NCBI GenBank assembly: GCA_034780895.1
Contig: JAUZTB010000017.1
Coordinates: 27,421,877 to 27,485,876, forward strand
Source: Rhynchobatus australiae
Lineage: Eukaryota
Length of the DNA stretch: 64,000 nucleotides
Direction: 5' to 3'
The notes beneath the pieces were generated by a model. That model was not told the DNA's origin. It saw nothing but the letters and a program-made list of their open reading frames with translations, and did not search any database. The position numbers and the translations under genes are program-made. Shown in pieces: positions 1 through 13,214 of the stretch (position 1 is the stretch's first letter; the number at the start of each line of letters is the position of its first letter).

Positions 1-3000
1 GATAACAGAAAGCGTGAAAGGCAATATAAATATGGGAATACTCTCTGCAGATGAAAAGTAAGGGAATGTAATTTAAGAAATTGTGATATGAGCACATATT
101 AAGCAGGCAGAATTTTGAGACAAATGCTCGTATGGCTGGACCTCCGAAGTGGTGGGGCGCAACTGCACTGGTTGGTATCTGGGATTCGTTAGTTTGGGTT
201 GACCCTACAGACTCCCCAACAGTGGTATAAGTAATAGTATATCCATTTAAGAATTGTACAACTGGGACTGTTTCCTATTTCTAGGGCCTGCTTTCCCATG
301 CATGGAGTGGCTGCTTTTTTGCTGCATATGTGCCAGACAATTTGGCATCAGTGAGTTACATGAGGGTTGATACTATTTGTGTGCCCAGTTTGTTTCAGAT
401 GTATGGCTGTTGTGCAGGCAGAACCATGTGATTGCTCAAAAGCAATTTTGAAACATTCAGTGAAGTACCAATTGTGATTAGTAATTGATTTTTACGCTGC
501 AGTTTAATCCTGTAATGCTTAAAAAATGCACAAAGTGAATGAGTTTTTAGATCTTCACTTCTCATCTTCATGAGTGTATTTGCATCTGTTTTTACAAACG
601 ATAGAATTGCAGTCATTTTTGTCATCTTTTAATATGCACTTATCTTTGAAAAGCATGAAGTGAATAGTTCAAAGAGTCTAAAACATGCACCATTTTATTT
701 GATTAATGCTAGATGTTACATAAAATATATTGATGCAGCATGCAAGGGTTGTTAAAATTTGTTAAAATAAAGAATAAATAATGAAAACATTCTATAATGT
801 TAATTGACCTTTTGATGTATCCAGCATCCGAATTAAAGTGAAGCTTTGTCTTATTTTGTACACATGGCCTTAGTATTTTGAATAGAGGAATTCTTTTTTT
901 TTGGGGGGGGTTGCTAAATATTAGATAAGGTAGTTGTGATATCTTTTAGCATGTAGAATCTGTGCTGTTAATCATGGTCCAATCAATGGATTACAGACCT
1001 ATAGTGCAAAGCTCATCCTATAACTGGAAGGGAATACCTACTACCAGGGATTCATTCATGATATACGTACCCTAAAATGTGCTTTCTTTTAATTATCCCC
1101 TCAGTTTTTTCAACTGTCATCTGACAACACTTCTCTGAGAATCTGTCTTGCAACACATCTTGCGACGTAATCAAATATCTTTCATTTTTCATTAAAAGCT
1201 TTTTTATGCCTTAATTCAGGATATAAAAAGCCCATTTATAAAATCTGGGCAATCACATGCTGGAAATAAAACAGTCATATGCCCAATGCTAAATTGGACT
1301 TATTCACTTACTCGCATCCTGAATGCAGCAAGTGTCAAATGTATCAATACTACTCTTTATAAACAAATGAATAAGCCTCATATGGCCTAACCTTGTGCTT
1401 TTTGAGCTAAGTAAAAAGTATATTGGCACCCTTGTTTTCACTGGTAGTATTTCATTGATTTTCACAGATTTAAATCAAGCCTAAAACATTTATCTATTAC
1501 ATTTGCCGAAGTTCTTTTACTGTAGTTATAAATGAGTTGGGGTTATAGTTAACACACACAATGATCAATTATTTTATTATGATTAAGAGATTTTTATAGA
1601 ACTATTTTTCTAATCCTCCCTTTCAAGTCAATGTTTGTATGAAATAGATCTTATAAATTGAATTGCAGATAAAGGTTTCTGATAAAGCTGAGTCTAGATA
1701 AATGATATATTAAATGATGTGATTACCTTAATGAATAGAATTATTAACTTTATCTTTAGTTCAGCATAGTAATAGCATTGTGCTAGAACTGTAAATATTA
1801 TATCTACATCTCTGTGTTTTAAAATTCAAAAACTATAATAGTCTCTATTACCTCAAACATTAAATCCTGTTATCATAATGGAGATTTGTTTGAAATATTA
1901 AAGTGTGTTTAGATGATTTGTGCTTGACTGTTACCCAAAAAGGCTCCAAAATTCTTAAATATAAAAGAAGGCGAAGGTAGTGCCATGAAGTAGGAGGCTC
2001 AACTACTAACACATATTGGCCTTGAGGTTCAATCACACACTGTTGTTTATTTCAGCACTGGGCATTTAAAATTGAAGGTTGGAAGGAGTGAAGTGTGATA
2101 ATATCAATTTTGGATCATTTCACTTCACTTGAGAAATTCAATCAGACACTTCTTGGGCTTGATTCACACAGTTGTATCAGACACAATCTCCACATCAGGT
2201 GCACATTAAGTGATGTCATTCCCCATACAATGCTCCTTTTGGATAGGTAGACAGAGAAAGATAGATTGAAAGAGTGAGGTGTGCAGGGCTGGAGATAAAA
2301 TCCAGAAAGAAACAATCTCATGTAGAAACAGAACTATCAGCCTAAAAAAACTGGATTGATGACTGCCTGCTTTATCTGGAGTTAATTGCATGTAGGATAA
2401 TTGCCAGATTGACTGATGCCCACTGCAAAATTGGATTAGGTATTCATGAGTGCAATCCATGTTAGCTGTTCCAATCTTTTTCCCAGCGTCAGGTGAGCAC
2501 CTAAGATGGCACATGTTGCACAACACCTACTTCTGCCCTTTCTGACATAATTGGAGCTGAAAGGTGCAATATGGAGCAGTCTCAGTACAAGGTGCACATT
2601 GGGCTAGTTTATTATCTTTCCTGCTATTTAAAGGTGCACTTTGCTGCCATTAGAACTAAGGGCTGCTCGGGGTGAGAGGCAGATTTCAGGGCAGGAGGCA
2701 AAGACATGACCATGAGCAAAAAGCCTAGTACTATGATAGAGAAGCACCTCAAATGATAGCCCAACAATCATAGATTGTAAAGCAAATGCAGGGCTGTCTC
2801 CATCGTCCATTCATTATGCACAACGTGGTACATCAATGATCAGTTGGGGATTGGGGGGAGCCTGGATGCTGCTTTGCAGGTCCTTTCACATTGATTATGA
2901 GGTACTATTAAATGAATCCCTGAGCCAAAGACTAAAATCGAGTGTATCACAATTTTTAATATTCTATAACACACCGCAACATGTATGAAGAGGACATGAA

Positions 3001-3987
3001 ATCTACTTGTGCACTGATGAATCTACTGGAGAAGTGACAACCATAGCCACTTCTTGCTTGGCTTTTCATACGTTAGCTCAAGCAGTTGTCCTGGCCTTCC
3101 TGACACACAGAACCTTCATCCTGATATTAGTCACACTGATGAGATGCCTGGTCTCTTTCACTAAATCCAGGGCTCTTTCTCCTTTTGGCATCTCCTCTAT
3201 GGTGGACATACAGTGTGCTGCTGCTGTTTGGCTACCGCGCCTTAAAGAGCTGACACTCTTCTCAGAATGGCATGCTGTGAATAGTCAGTAGCTACTTTCA
3301 GGAAGCACTCAAGTCCTGTTTTGGTGCATTGTTTTGAGTATAAACTACCCTGATGCTGTTTCAAATGTCTTTTCATGTTATTTGAAGATTTTTTTTGTGT
3401 GGCACCCATATCATTATAATGATGACTTAGTGCAACAAAATTAAGTGAAACCAATTTCTTGATATTTATTCTTCACTCTCCTATGAAAACATGTTGATAT
3501 TGCTGACAGGGAAGAGCTCAGAACAACCTCAGCTATGGTACTGTAGTATCCACATTTGTTCAAGGATAAGGGGAAAAGGTGCAAATTTCACAAAGTGAAT
3601 CCATAATTTTACCCACTTCTGGATGTGAGTGATCATGACTTAATTTTGGTGGCAGACAAGTGTACAAGAACAAACAAAGCACAACACTTCGACCATAACT
3701 TATCCAAATGCCCGTGGAAGTTTTCATCTTTTTTACCAAGGCAACAGCAAAAAAGGGATTTTGAAACCTTCAGGCTAATTATGTGATGGATACACTCCAT
3801 CCAGAGCATACAGAATAAAAGTTCTTTAGATTAGCTTCAGCTATCATATTGCAAGGCTGATGTATGTGATAGCAGAAACTCTGAGAGGAGATACAAGAAT
3901 TCATACCTGTGAAAAAGGTAATGGAATTAAAATGTAATTGAAAGATAGTTTGTTTACTTAATGTAGATGTCACCAACCGTGTTGGAA

Positions 3988-4300
3988 TCTATTGTCCATC
4001 CCCAACTACCTCTGAACTCTGGAGGCAATTGAGGTTCAATCACATTGGTAAATCTGGAGTTGCTTCTAGGCCAGACTGGGTAAGGATGGTAGATTTCCTC
4101 CCCTGAAGGACATTAGATCTGTTTTTACAACAGTCTGACAGCTGCATGGCTATTATTACTGAGACTAACTTTTATAATTCCAGATTTATTTAATTACTTG
4201 AATTAAAATTCCCTGCTACCATGGTGGGATTCAGGTTTGTGACTCTGGATCAATGGTCCAGACATCTGACTACTTGATCACTAGGCTACCTACCATACAT
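3988..4300 (-). mobile_element. tRNA-derived SINE (cartilaginous-fish family, name not assigned)
   Basis: Minus strand has a tRNA-like head (aatcccaccatggtagcaggg...atctggaatt) and body (gtccttcagggg...aaatctaccatccttacccagtctggcc). Its tail is shared with the LINE ends at 19-20.9 kb. Related copies at 50225-50370 and 57950-58205. Confidence 0.65.
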
Positions 4301-6028
4301 AGGGGTAGCAATTTACCATTGGTCACATGTGCTACCTTGCAATATGTATTATTCTGTGTACTGAACTCATCTTCTGATTTCTGAAGTCAGTAGTATTTCC
4401 ATCTTCTGCATACTGTACTTCAGAAGCAAAGTATAATTCACACCTACTGCCATATTACATGGTTAGTGCAAGCAATTGAGGACAAGTCTCTACTCCATAG
4501 ACCTGGAAAGAAGAATATTTATTAGAACATTTCTGAGGAAGGAGTGACTAGGTTATTTTCTGTTGATATTAAATGTTATGTTAAGGCCAGAAGGAGGTGT
4601 GATCAGTAAAGTGAATGCCAAAAGTTGGGGATACTGACAGAAAGGGGATGCTCGGTTTTACAGATGGGTAGAAGCTGTAAGATAAAACATAGTTGTTGGT
4701 GTTTTGTCTCTGAGTCAATTATAATGGGATTGTAACACAAGAAAACATTGATTCTACTTCTCATTGCAATCTTCAAAGACTTTAAGAATTTCCATTAAAG
4801 CACCAGAAAATCAATCCCTGTTCTTCGTAGACCACAAGCAAAATTAGTTTTCTATTAACACCTCATTTTTTAAACTGTAATTAAAGAAACCTATAAAACA
4901 CTTGACAAACATATATTGAAGCAGCAGTAAAGGTGTGAGAACACCAGCACTTGCTTGGATACTGCAGGACTTCAGAATGCTTGGGCCAAATATGACATAT
5001 TTTAATCAAACTGCATTTTTGTTGGATCTTGTTAGTCCTTGAAAGTTAAGGCAGTGATAACAATTCTGGTTACTCAAGGAACATATTTGGCAGAGACAAA
5101 AGTAATAAACCATTGAACTGCACAAAGAAAGAAATCAGAAGTAAATGAATTTCTTTCTTGAAACTATACCATTTTTTGTATTTTACTGCATAAACAAATT
5201 CGGCCAGTATAAAAAAAGATGCCCATGTCTTTAATTGGCCCTATAAACAAAACTGCAGCTTAAAATAATTAATCTTTTTATTAACTATATTTTTCTAATG
5301 TATTTTAAGATAATGAGATGATGGTATTGGTTATTTAATAATTTCAGACAACATTGGAATAAATAAAAGAAATATAAGCTTCATTGTTATGAGAAATCCC
5401 TGTGGGGTCAGATTTGGATATTTGGCCTTTGCATTATGGTAAGTGGTGAACTTTGATGCAATTAGTAATGAGGATAATAGGTTGAATATAAAAGCTTTAT
5501 GATCCACTAAAAGGTTGAAGTAATTCACTACAACTAATCTCAATGAAGCAGTGTTTTCTCATTTCAATTTTGATTTTCTCAGATTATATTTCTATCTGTT
5601 TCATGAAGGTGTTGAAAACCCCAAGCACAAGTCATTACTGTCAAGGAGCATCCTGATAAGATAGGGACTATGAGAGTAGCGAAAGATATGTTATTTTACA
5701 CAGGCATATAACCATAAAAGGTGAAGTTGAGCCAATTAATTATTTGATTAAAAGTTTTAAGGGAAAAAATTAAACTGTTCTTCAATAGACATGTTTTGAG
5801 ATTCTGTTTGGAACATTCAGATATTCGATCTGAATGTTCCATAAACAAGTGATGTTGCAGGAATATACAAGCACCAAAATCTCTCTTAATCTTTAGCTGG
5901 TTCATTTAGAGATTTACAAAAGTCTTCCCAGCCCATCAGTTCTCAGCTTAATATTTGTCTTCAACATTGTACCATTTGCGTGAGAGTATGATTAAATGTC
6001 TTTGTAAATGGGAGAATATTGGATTGCT

Positions 6029-6990
6029 AGAACACAGAACATAAAACAGTACGGCACAGGAACAGGCCTTTCGACTCACGAAGTTGTGCTGATNNNNNNN
6101 NNNNNNNNNNNNNNNNNNNNNNNNNNNNNNNNNNNNNNNNNNNNNNNNNNNNNNNNNNNNNNNNNNNNNNNNNNNNNNNNNNNNNNNNNNNNNNNNNNNN
6201 NNNNNNNNNNNNNNNNNNNNNNNNNNNNNNNNNNNNNNNNNNNNNNNNNNNNNNNNNNNNNNNNNNNNNNNNNNNNNNNNNNNNNNNNNNNNNNNNNNNN
6301 NNNNNNNNNNNNNNNNNNNNNNNNNNNNNNNNNNNNNNNNNNNNNNNNNNNNNNNNNNNNNNNNNNNNNNNNNNNNNNNNNNNNNNNNNNNNNNNNNNNN
6401 NNNNNNNNNNNNNNNNNNNNNNNNNNNNNNNNNNNNNNNNNNNNNNNNNNNNNNNNNNNNNNNNNNNNNNNNNNNNNNNNNNNNNNNNNNNNNNNNNNNN
6501 NNNNNNNNNNNNNNNNNNNNNNNNNNNNNNNNNNNNNNNNNNNNNNNNNNNNNNNNNNNNNNNNNNNNNNNNNNNNNNNNNNNNNNNNNNNNNNNNNNNN
6601 NNNNNNNNNNNNNNNNNNNNNNNNNNNNNNNNNNNNNNNNNNNNNNNNNNNNNNNNNNNNNNNNNNNNNNNNNNNNNNNNNNNNNNNNNNNNNNNNNNNN
6701 NNNNNNNNNNNNNNNNNNNNNNNNNNNNNNNNNNNNNNNNNNNNNNNNNNNNNNNNNNNNNNNNNNNNNNNNNNNNNNNNNNNNNNNNNNNTACATTTGA
6801 TCTCCCAAAGTGCAACACCTCACACTTGCCTGGATTAAACTCCATCTGCCATTTCTCTGCCCATCTGCAACTGGTCTATATCTGCTGTATCCTTTGGCAA
6901 TTTTCTACATTCTGCACACTGCCACCAATCTTTGTGTCACCTACAAACTTACTAACTCACCCATCCACATTTTCATCCAAGTCATTTATA
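6029..6990 (-). mobile_element. CR1-type LINE 3' fragment spanning an N gap
   Basis: Minus-strand MEFNPGKCEVLHFGRSN is a CR1 RT C-terminal motif. The left side of the gap shows the reverse-complemented CR1/HE1 tail (agaacataaaacagtacggcacaggaacaggcctt). Confidence 0.8.
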
Positions 6991-7129
6991 TATATCATAA
7001 TATTTTTTGAGCAAATGATTAACATGGTTCTATTTAAACTCATTAATGTAAAATAGTTAATGAAGAGTAAATTAAAAGTCCATTACTATTAAGTTACATT
7101 CAAGTGAAGTATGACAGTAAGTATAAAAA

Positions 7130-7605
7130 CAACAAAAATACTGCAAATGCTGGCAATCTAAAAAAAATTGTTGGAAATACTCAGCAGGTTGGGCAGTGTC
7201 TGTTGCGAGAAAAACAGTTAATATTTCAGGTAAACAACCCTTCATCGGACCTGAAACATTTAATGATGATCTTACTTCTGTACTTACTTGCTATGGCATA
7301 GAAGGAGGCCATTCAACCCATCAGGTCTATGTCAACTCCCCTCTTTATATTTTTCTTCATTCTCTCTCAACTCCGCTTTGATGTATTTGCCACTTTCCTA
7401 AAGAGCAATTAACTGTTGCCAGTTAACTACCAGCATGTCTTATTGTGGGGAAAAAAAATCAAGCACAGAAGGATAACCCAGGCGGTCATAAGAAGAATAT
7501 CTCCTTACAGACAGCACCCAAGGTCAGAAAAACTCTGATTTTCTCTCTCTACCATTGCTGCCTGACCCATTGAGTACTGTACTCCCAACATTTTCTGATT
7601 TTGTT
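7130..7605. mobile_element. Penelope-derived fold-back repeat interrupted by a V-SINE remnant
   Basis: Left arm aaatactcagcaggttgggcag...tttcagg...ccttcatcgg at 7130-7260. Right arm gctgcctgaccc...gagta...cattttctg at 7540-7605. A minus-strand HE1-like remnant lies between them (about 7295-7530). Confidence 0.6.
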
Positions 7606-10600
7606 TATAGAAGCACATAATAAATTATTTATGATATTACACAGTTCCTAGGGGTACTATATTATACTGCAAATGTACAATCATCTCAAGGTTGCACTGG
7701 TTTGAAACCAATTAAGCTAGCCATGGTTATAAATTGAAAGTAATATTGAATTTAAGTGTTTCATATGATTGTTTCACAATGGCAGAGTTTGGTATAGTGT
7801 CAGTTTTCGCTCCCGGAAAGTCAACTGCTCAGGGACAGAAATCCAATTTAAATGAACATAACTTCAATATTCTACACAGACCTTTTAATAAAGAGATTTT
7901 TATGTCAATACTGATATTTCAATGTGAGCGCATAGTCCATAATAATTCCCAATCTGTGAGTTTTTTTAATACTGTGAATGTTACATAATTTTTCTCTTAT
8001 GAAGTATGATTTGAAGCTGCCCAGATTTCACCATTGCCAGCATTTCCAGAAAGCACCAAGTCGGGCTTCACTTTTCACCTCCAGAATTGGCTCTTACAGT
8101 GATATTTGCCTTCCAAATAAGGAGAAAGTAAGTTTTGAAACAAGGGGAACACAGGTAGCAAGTATCTGTGTGGCAGTAAAAATCAAGGGCAATGGGTCAG
8201 CACCTCTCTGTGGCACAAAAAAGCAACTTAACGACATTCAGTGCATGCCATTGGTGAGGAAGTTGGTGGGATCTTTCTTTAGAAATAAATGCACCTTTAG
8301 AAATAAAAGCACCTTCAGTCATTTGTTTTTCTATTGCTAGATGCCCTTTCATAAAGCTAACAGCAGACTGGTATGACTTCAACAAACAACTTCTGGGTAT
8401 TTGCATCGAACTGATCTCTAATTGCAATACCTTTTGCACAAAAATTATGGAAATGCCCTTAATCTTACCATTATATTAACAATAAATTCTGGTCTCTCAT
8501 TTATTTTGAGTTTCATACCTTGATGTTCAGGAAAAGGTTTTATTTATTTCATTGAAGAAATTAGTTGTGACTTGTCTGTTCCATTGACACTTTAATTGAC
8601 CATGGAGACTTTATGACTGCATACTGAAACATGTGCGATACTATCTTCAAGCATAGTAGTATATTAAAGGGGATGATAACAAAGTTTTATTTTGAAGGGC
8701 ACCCCAACAATGAAGAAACTAATTATTGAAATTGCTTTTATTTAATTTTGCAGTGAAAAAAGATTGATAGAGTAGGAATATTGTACTTAACCTTTTTAAC
8801 CTTAAGAGAATGTAATGTAGTGCATTAGTCCATAATCTAAATGATCAACACTCAAATGTAAAAAATCTGTGCTTCTAATTTAAAGGGATTATTTCATTGA
8901 CTATATGAATCAATAATATTGTGGACTGTACCAGATTCATTATCCTTCACCCATACAGATTTTCTGGGCCACTTTGTGCTATTTTTTCACTTGGTGCATA
9001 CATGTTGCTTTATGTATTTTTTTGATCCATGAAGAAGTAGCAATGTGCTATTTTCCTTCTTTCTCTATGGTCTGATTTGTAGGTTTGAATTTAATTTATG
9101 TTGTGCTAGAAATTAACAGCAGATGATTCAAAATTAGTTGAAATGAGCAAAATTGGAGCGAAATTTTCCAGGGAGAGAAAAACTAGATTAACCATAAAGA
9201 GGAATAGTTGTTTAATCCTTTCCTATCAGCTGCTGGCAACTCTGAAGGGAATGCCAAATGCAAATTGTTTTTGAGGCTACCAGAAACTGATACATAATAA
9301 CTGACACAGATTCCAACTGGCTCATGTATTATTTGGATTTCTTCTCCCCTTTACATTGAATGAACATCAATGTCTAATAGTTCCAGAACAGAAGTCAGGT
9401 AATATATTAATCTACCAAACAGCAATATACTACAGGACATTGTGTTGGTACTTTAATGTAAATGGCAGAAGAAAAACATTGTCTGGGTTTAAAAACATGT
9501 TGATGGCTGTCGAGCAATATCGAAGACGATGTTAGATCAATGTCAGCAGCAGCTTATTCAAATCTCTGACAGAATTTGGCAGCAACACAGTGACAATTTT
9601 CATAAATCATTTTTATTGTGGTATTTATGGCTGAAAAGCAGTACTAATCCAACATGGGAACAATTCATGTTCCTCAAGTAACAAACAGTGTAATACATAA
9701 CCAGGCCATGTTGGCTCTCCAGAATTCATCATTCAAGTGCAATGACAATCTAAATAGTCAATGGAGCCACTGATATCATCGTCACAGCACAAGCCAATTA
9801 ATGGAATTTATTTGTTGTGGTTCTCGTGCAACAATGATAGGCCCAAATAAAGTACTTAAGCTGGTTGATAATCATTGCTTTGAACATGCAGAGTTGAAAC
9901 TATCTCTGGTTTACAAGCAAAATGGGCGGAAAGAAAAAGAATAATTAGACTACATAGCAGAAGTAACTCTGTTCCTGTTTTCAAGTGACATATTTTGCCC
10001 TTGTGTTCCAATGGTATTTATTTCACTCCCAGCTACAATGTAAAATTTTAGTACCGTAATAAGTCAAAATAGCTGCACATTTGTTAAGAAATGCAATCAG
10101 TTTAATGACACAACTGGCCATATCAGCACTAAGCTGTTTGATGGTGTACATCTCCTGGAAGTGAGTACAACAGCTGTTGATTTGCCCTTCTGATGGTCCA
10201 GACCTCAGAATGAATGTTCTCTATGTCTTTCACCATGTAAGACCTACAGAAATGATATGTAACATTTTGCCTGTGTGGCAAAGTAGTTTGAGCTTGCCAG
10301 TGGTGCAACATCTGTGCTGCACCACTGAACACCACGGCGTGACTTAAAGAGATATCTAATTTGTTTATTAGTAATGGGTTTTCCTATCTTGGTGGTGCTT
10401 TTAGACATCCACTTATATTATTCACCTACAGTGATCATCTGTCACTATGAGCAAACAGACATGCAATGGTTTTATTTTTGAAAATTAACAAGGAACAAAC
10501 AGAAAAGTATTACCAAAACAGTTTTTAAAGTTGTTGAAATGTATTGACATAATTCCTGTCCTTTCCATAACCTCCAATATGGATTCTGCTGTCTAGAAAC

Positions 10601-11483
10601 CTTGGACATCATTCCTGGGAACCAACTTACATTCCAAAGCACTTCATCCCCAGATGAATATTTCAGTCACTGAATGGTGATTCCACCATTGCTGATCCTG
10701 GTGGAAAAATCTCAGATCATCAACTGGGCAGACTTTTGGTTTCTACAACCATTCTATTCCAGATTGCCCATTTTGCACTGAACTAAGTTGCACAGGTGCA
10801 TTTTCCCAAAAGAATCTAGATGCAACTCATTAGTATAAGAATGTTAAAGTTACTCATTGAAACCCATACTACTACTGAACTTCACCCAGAGTATATCAGC
10901 AGTAGCTGAAATTGCAATTCTTATAAGTACAACCTTGTTGCTGGCATAGGAGATACATGATTCCTTCAAATATATATTTGTTACATTATGCTGGTAAAAG
11001 GATTGGATGGTATAGGGAAATGTGCCAGAAATGATGCACTTTGTGGAATATTTAACACCTTGAATACAATACCCTAAATTCATTAGGGAGCAGTTGAACA
11101 ATACATCTGACATTTCTCATGCCGGCAGAAAAGAATCATTTAAAATGTACGAAGCCTGTGATAGATCCTGGTCCCTAAAGACAGATGGAGCAATTGAGAT
11201 AAGCAGCATTTGCAATAGATAACCTCAGTGACATATTTATCTTAATGATGCTCACTTTCCTAATCCAAGAGGCCGATAACATGTTCTGCCAGAATTGCTT
11301 TGCTTTAATCTATTTGATAAGTGCATGGAACAATTTTAACAGCGACACATTTCCCCCCGTTGCATCAGGAAGAAAATCTGAAAATGCCATAATTTGTTGA
11401 GTTATTGTTGATTTTAAAACTTTAGCACAAGTTAGTGAGGGAAACTAAGTGAATAATCTTCCTGATTGATCAGGAATTGATCA

Positions 11484-11653
11484 GGCACGGTAGTGTAGCA
11501 GACAGGCATGGTACTGTAGCGGTTAGCATAACGCTATTGCAGTGCCAGCGACTTGGGTTCAATTCCCATCGCTGTCTGTTAGGAGTTTGTACGTTCTCCC
11601 TGGGTCTGCGTGGGTTTCCTCTGGGTGATCTGGTTTCCTCCTATATTCCAAAG
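11484..11653 (+). mobile_element. HE1-type V-SINE, 5' half (runs into gap)
   Basis: tRNA-like head with A box (tgtagcggttagc) and B box (gggttcaattccc), then V-domain ggagtttgtacgttctccc...tgcgtgggtttcctctggg...ggtttcctcc. Confidence 0.85.
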
Positions 11654-13214
11654 NNNNNNNNNNNNNNNNNNNNNNNNNNNNNNNNNNNNNNNNNNNNNNN
11701 NNNNNNNNNNNNNNNNNNNNNNNNNNNNNNNNNNNNNNNNNNNNNNNNNNNNNNNNNNNNNNNNNNNNNNNNNNNNNNNNNNNNNNNNNNNNNNNNNNNN
11801 NNNNNNNNNNNNNNNNNNNNNNNNNNNNNNNNNNNNNNNNNNNNNNNNNNNNNNNNNNNNNNNNNNNNNNNNNNNNNNNNNNNNNNNNNNNNNNNNNNNN
11901 NNNNNNNNNNNNNNNNNNNNNNNNNNNNNNNNNNNNNNNNNNNNNNNNNNNNNNNNNNNNNNNNNNNNNNNNNNNNNNNNNNNNNNNNNNNNNNNNNNNN
12001 NNNNNNNNNNNNNNNNNNNNNNNNNNNNNNNNNNNNNNNNNNNNNNNNNNNNNNNNNNNNNNNNNNNNNNNNNNNNNNNNNNNNNNNNNNNNNNNNNNNN
12101 NNNNNNNNNNNNNNNNNNNGTTTGCTGTTGCATTTTCTTATCAATTAGGGTTTGATCCCTTTTTGAGTGGTTGTAATACTGCACTACAAAATTTTTCCCA
12201 TCCAATATAAATGGCAAGTATATGACTGTATTAAACATTAGCAGGCAGTCAACAAAAGCTTGTACTTTACTGTATGAATATATGATTCCAGAAATGTCAC
12301 AATCTTATATCATGCTAACTGTTTTGAGTTTGATAAATTCATAAGAGCCACAAAACAGAAAACCAAATAGAAGGTGAAATCAATTCTGAGCACAGAGAAA
12401 TGTAAATGAGGTGACATCACTTTGCTTCATTTGGATCTGTAACAAATCATTTTAATTCAATGAGTGCATTTTCCTTGATGTTGCTTCTAGGATTTGATCC
12501 TCATATTCTTTGCTCTCAACTTTTGTTCCCTTTGGTAGCCTTTCTCCCCAGATGGGATGATTTGTAAAGGCCAAGTATTGCAGAAGCTTTAGTCTATAGT
12601 GAGAGTTCATTTACATAAAGTGGACTGAGCTATGACTGTTCCTTGTTACTTTTGGCTCAGTTGGGAACATATGACATCCAATTCAAATCACATAAGTCAC
12701 TACAGTTACTGAGTCATGAAATGGGTGGCAATATTAAAGTGAAGTATTTTGCAAATTGTGAAAATGTTTTGTTGCAAATCTTGTTTAGGTGACCTGGCTT
12801 ATATTTTTATTGATATTGCTTACAGCTGTTTATCACAGAATCTTACAGAATGAGAGCTTTCAATCCATCATGTCCATGTCAGATCTTTATTTGATCTATA
12901 TTAATTATACTGCTCTTCCCCCCACCCCCCTCCACCCCGGCTGGTTTCATTTTCAAATACCATGTTACCTCCATTGCAGTTGTAATTATAGTCTTTGTTT
13001 TTTTAAAAAAAATTTAAGTTATTTTGGATGTGAAAGGCTCTACATAAAGCAAGATACCCAAGTGTGATACATAGACTCATGCCAATAGTAGGAGAGAGCG
13101 AAACTAACAAGATGCACAATTTTAGCATTCTCCACGCCTCTTAGTGATTCTCTATGTTCCTGTATTATATGCAATTAGCATATGAAGAAATAAGGACACA
13201 CACGTTATAAATTG

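Noticed and set aside
3242-3454. Minus-strand peptide SSNNMKRHLKQH resembling the end of a BED zinc finger (hAT transposase)
   Set aside because: No upstream CxxC and no convincing downstream hAT motifs in any frame I translated; too weak to call.
8277-8315. Two-copy tandem ctttagaaataaa(t/a)gcac, and similar micro-duplications near 15309 and 29472
   Set aside because: Ordinary local slippage duplications.
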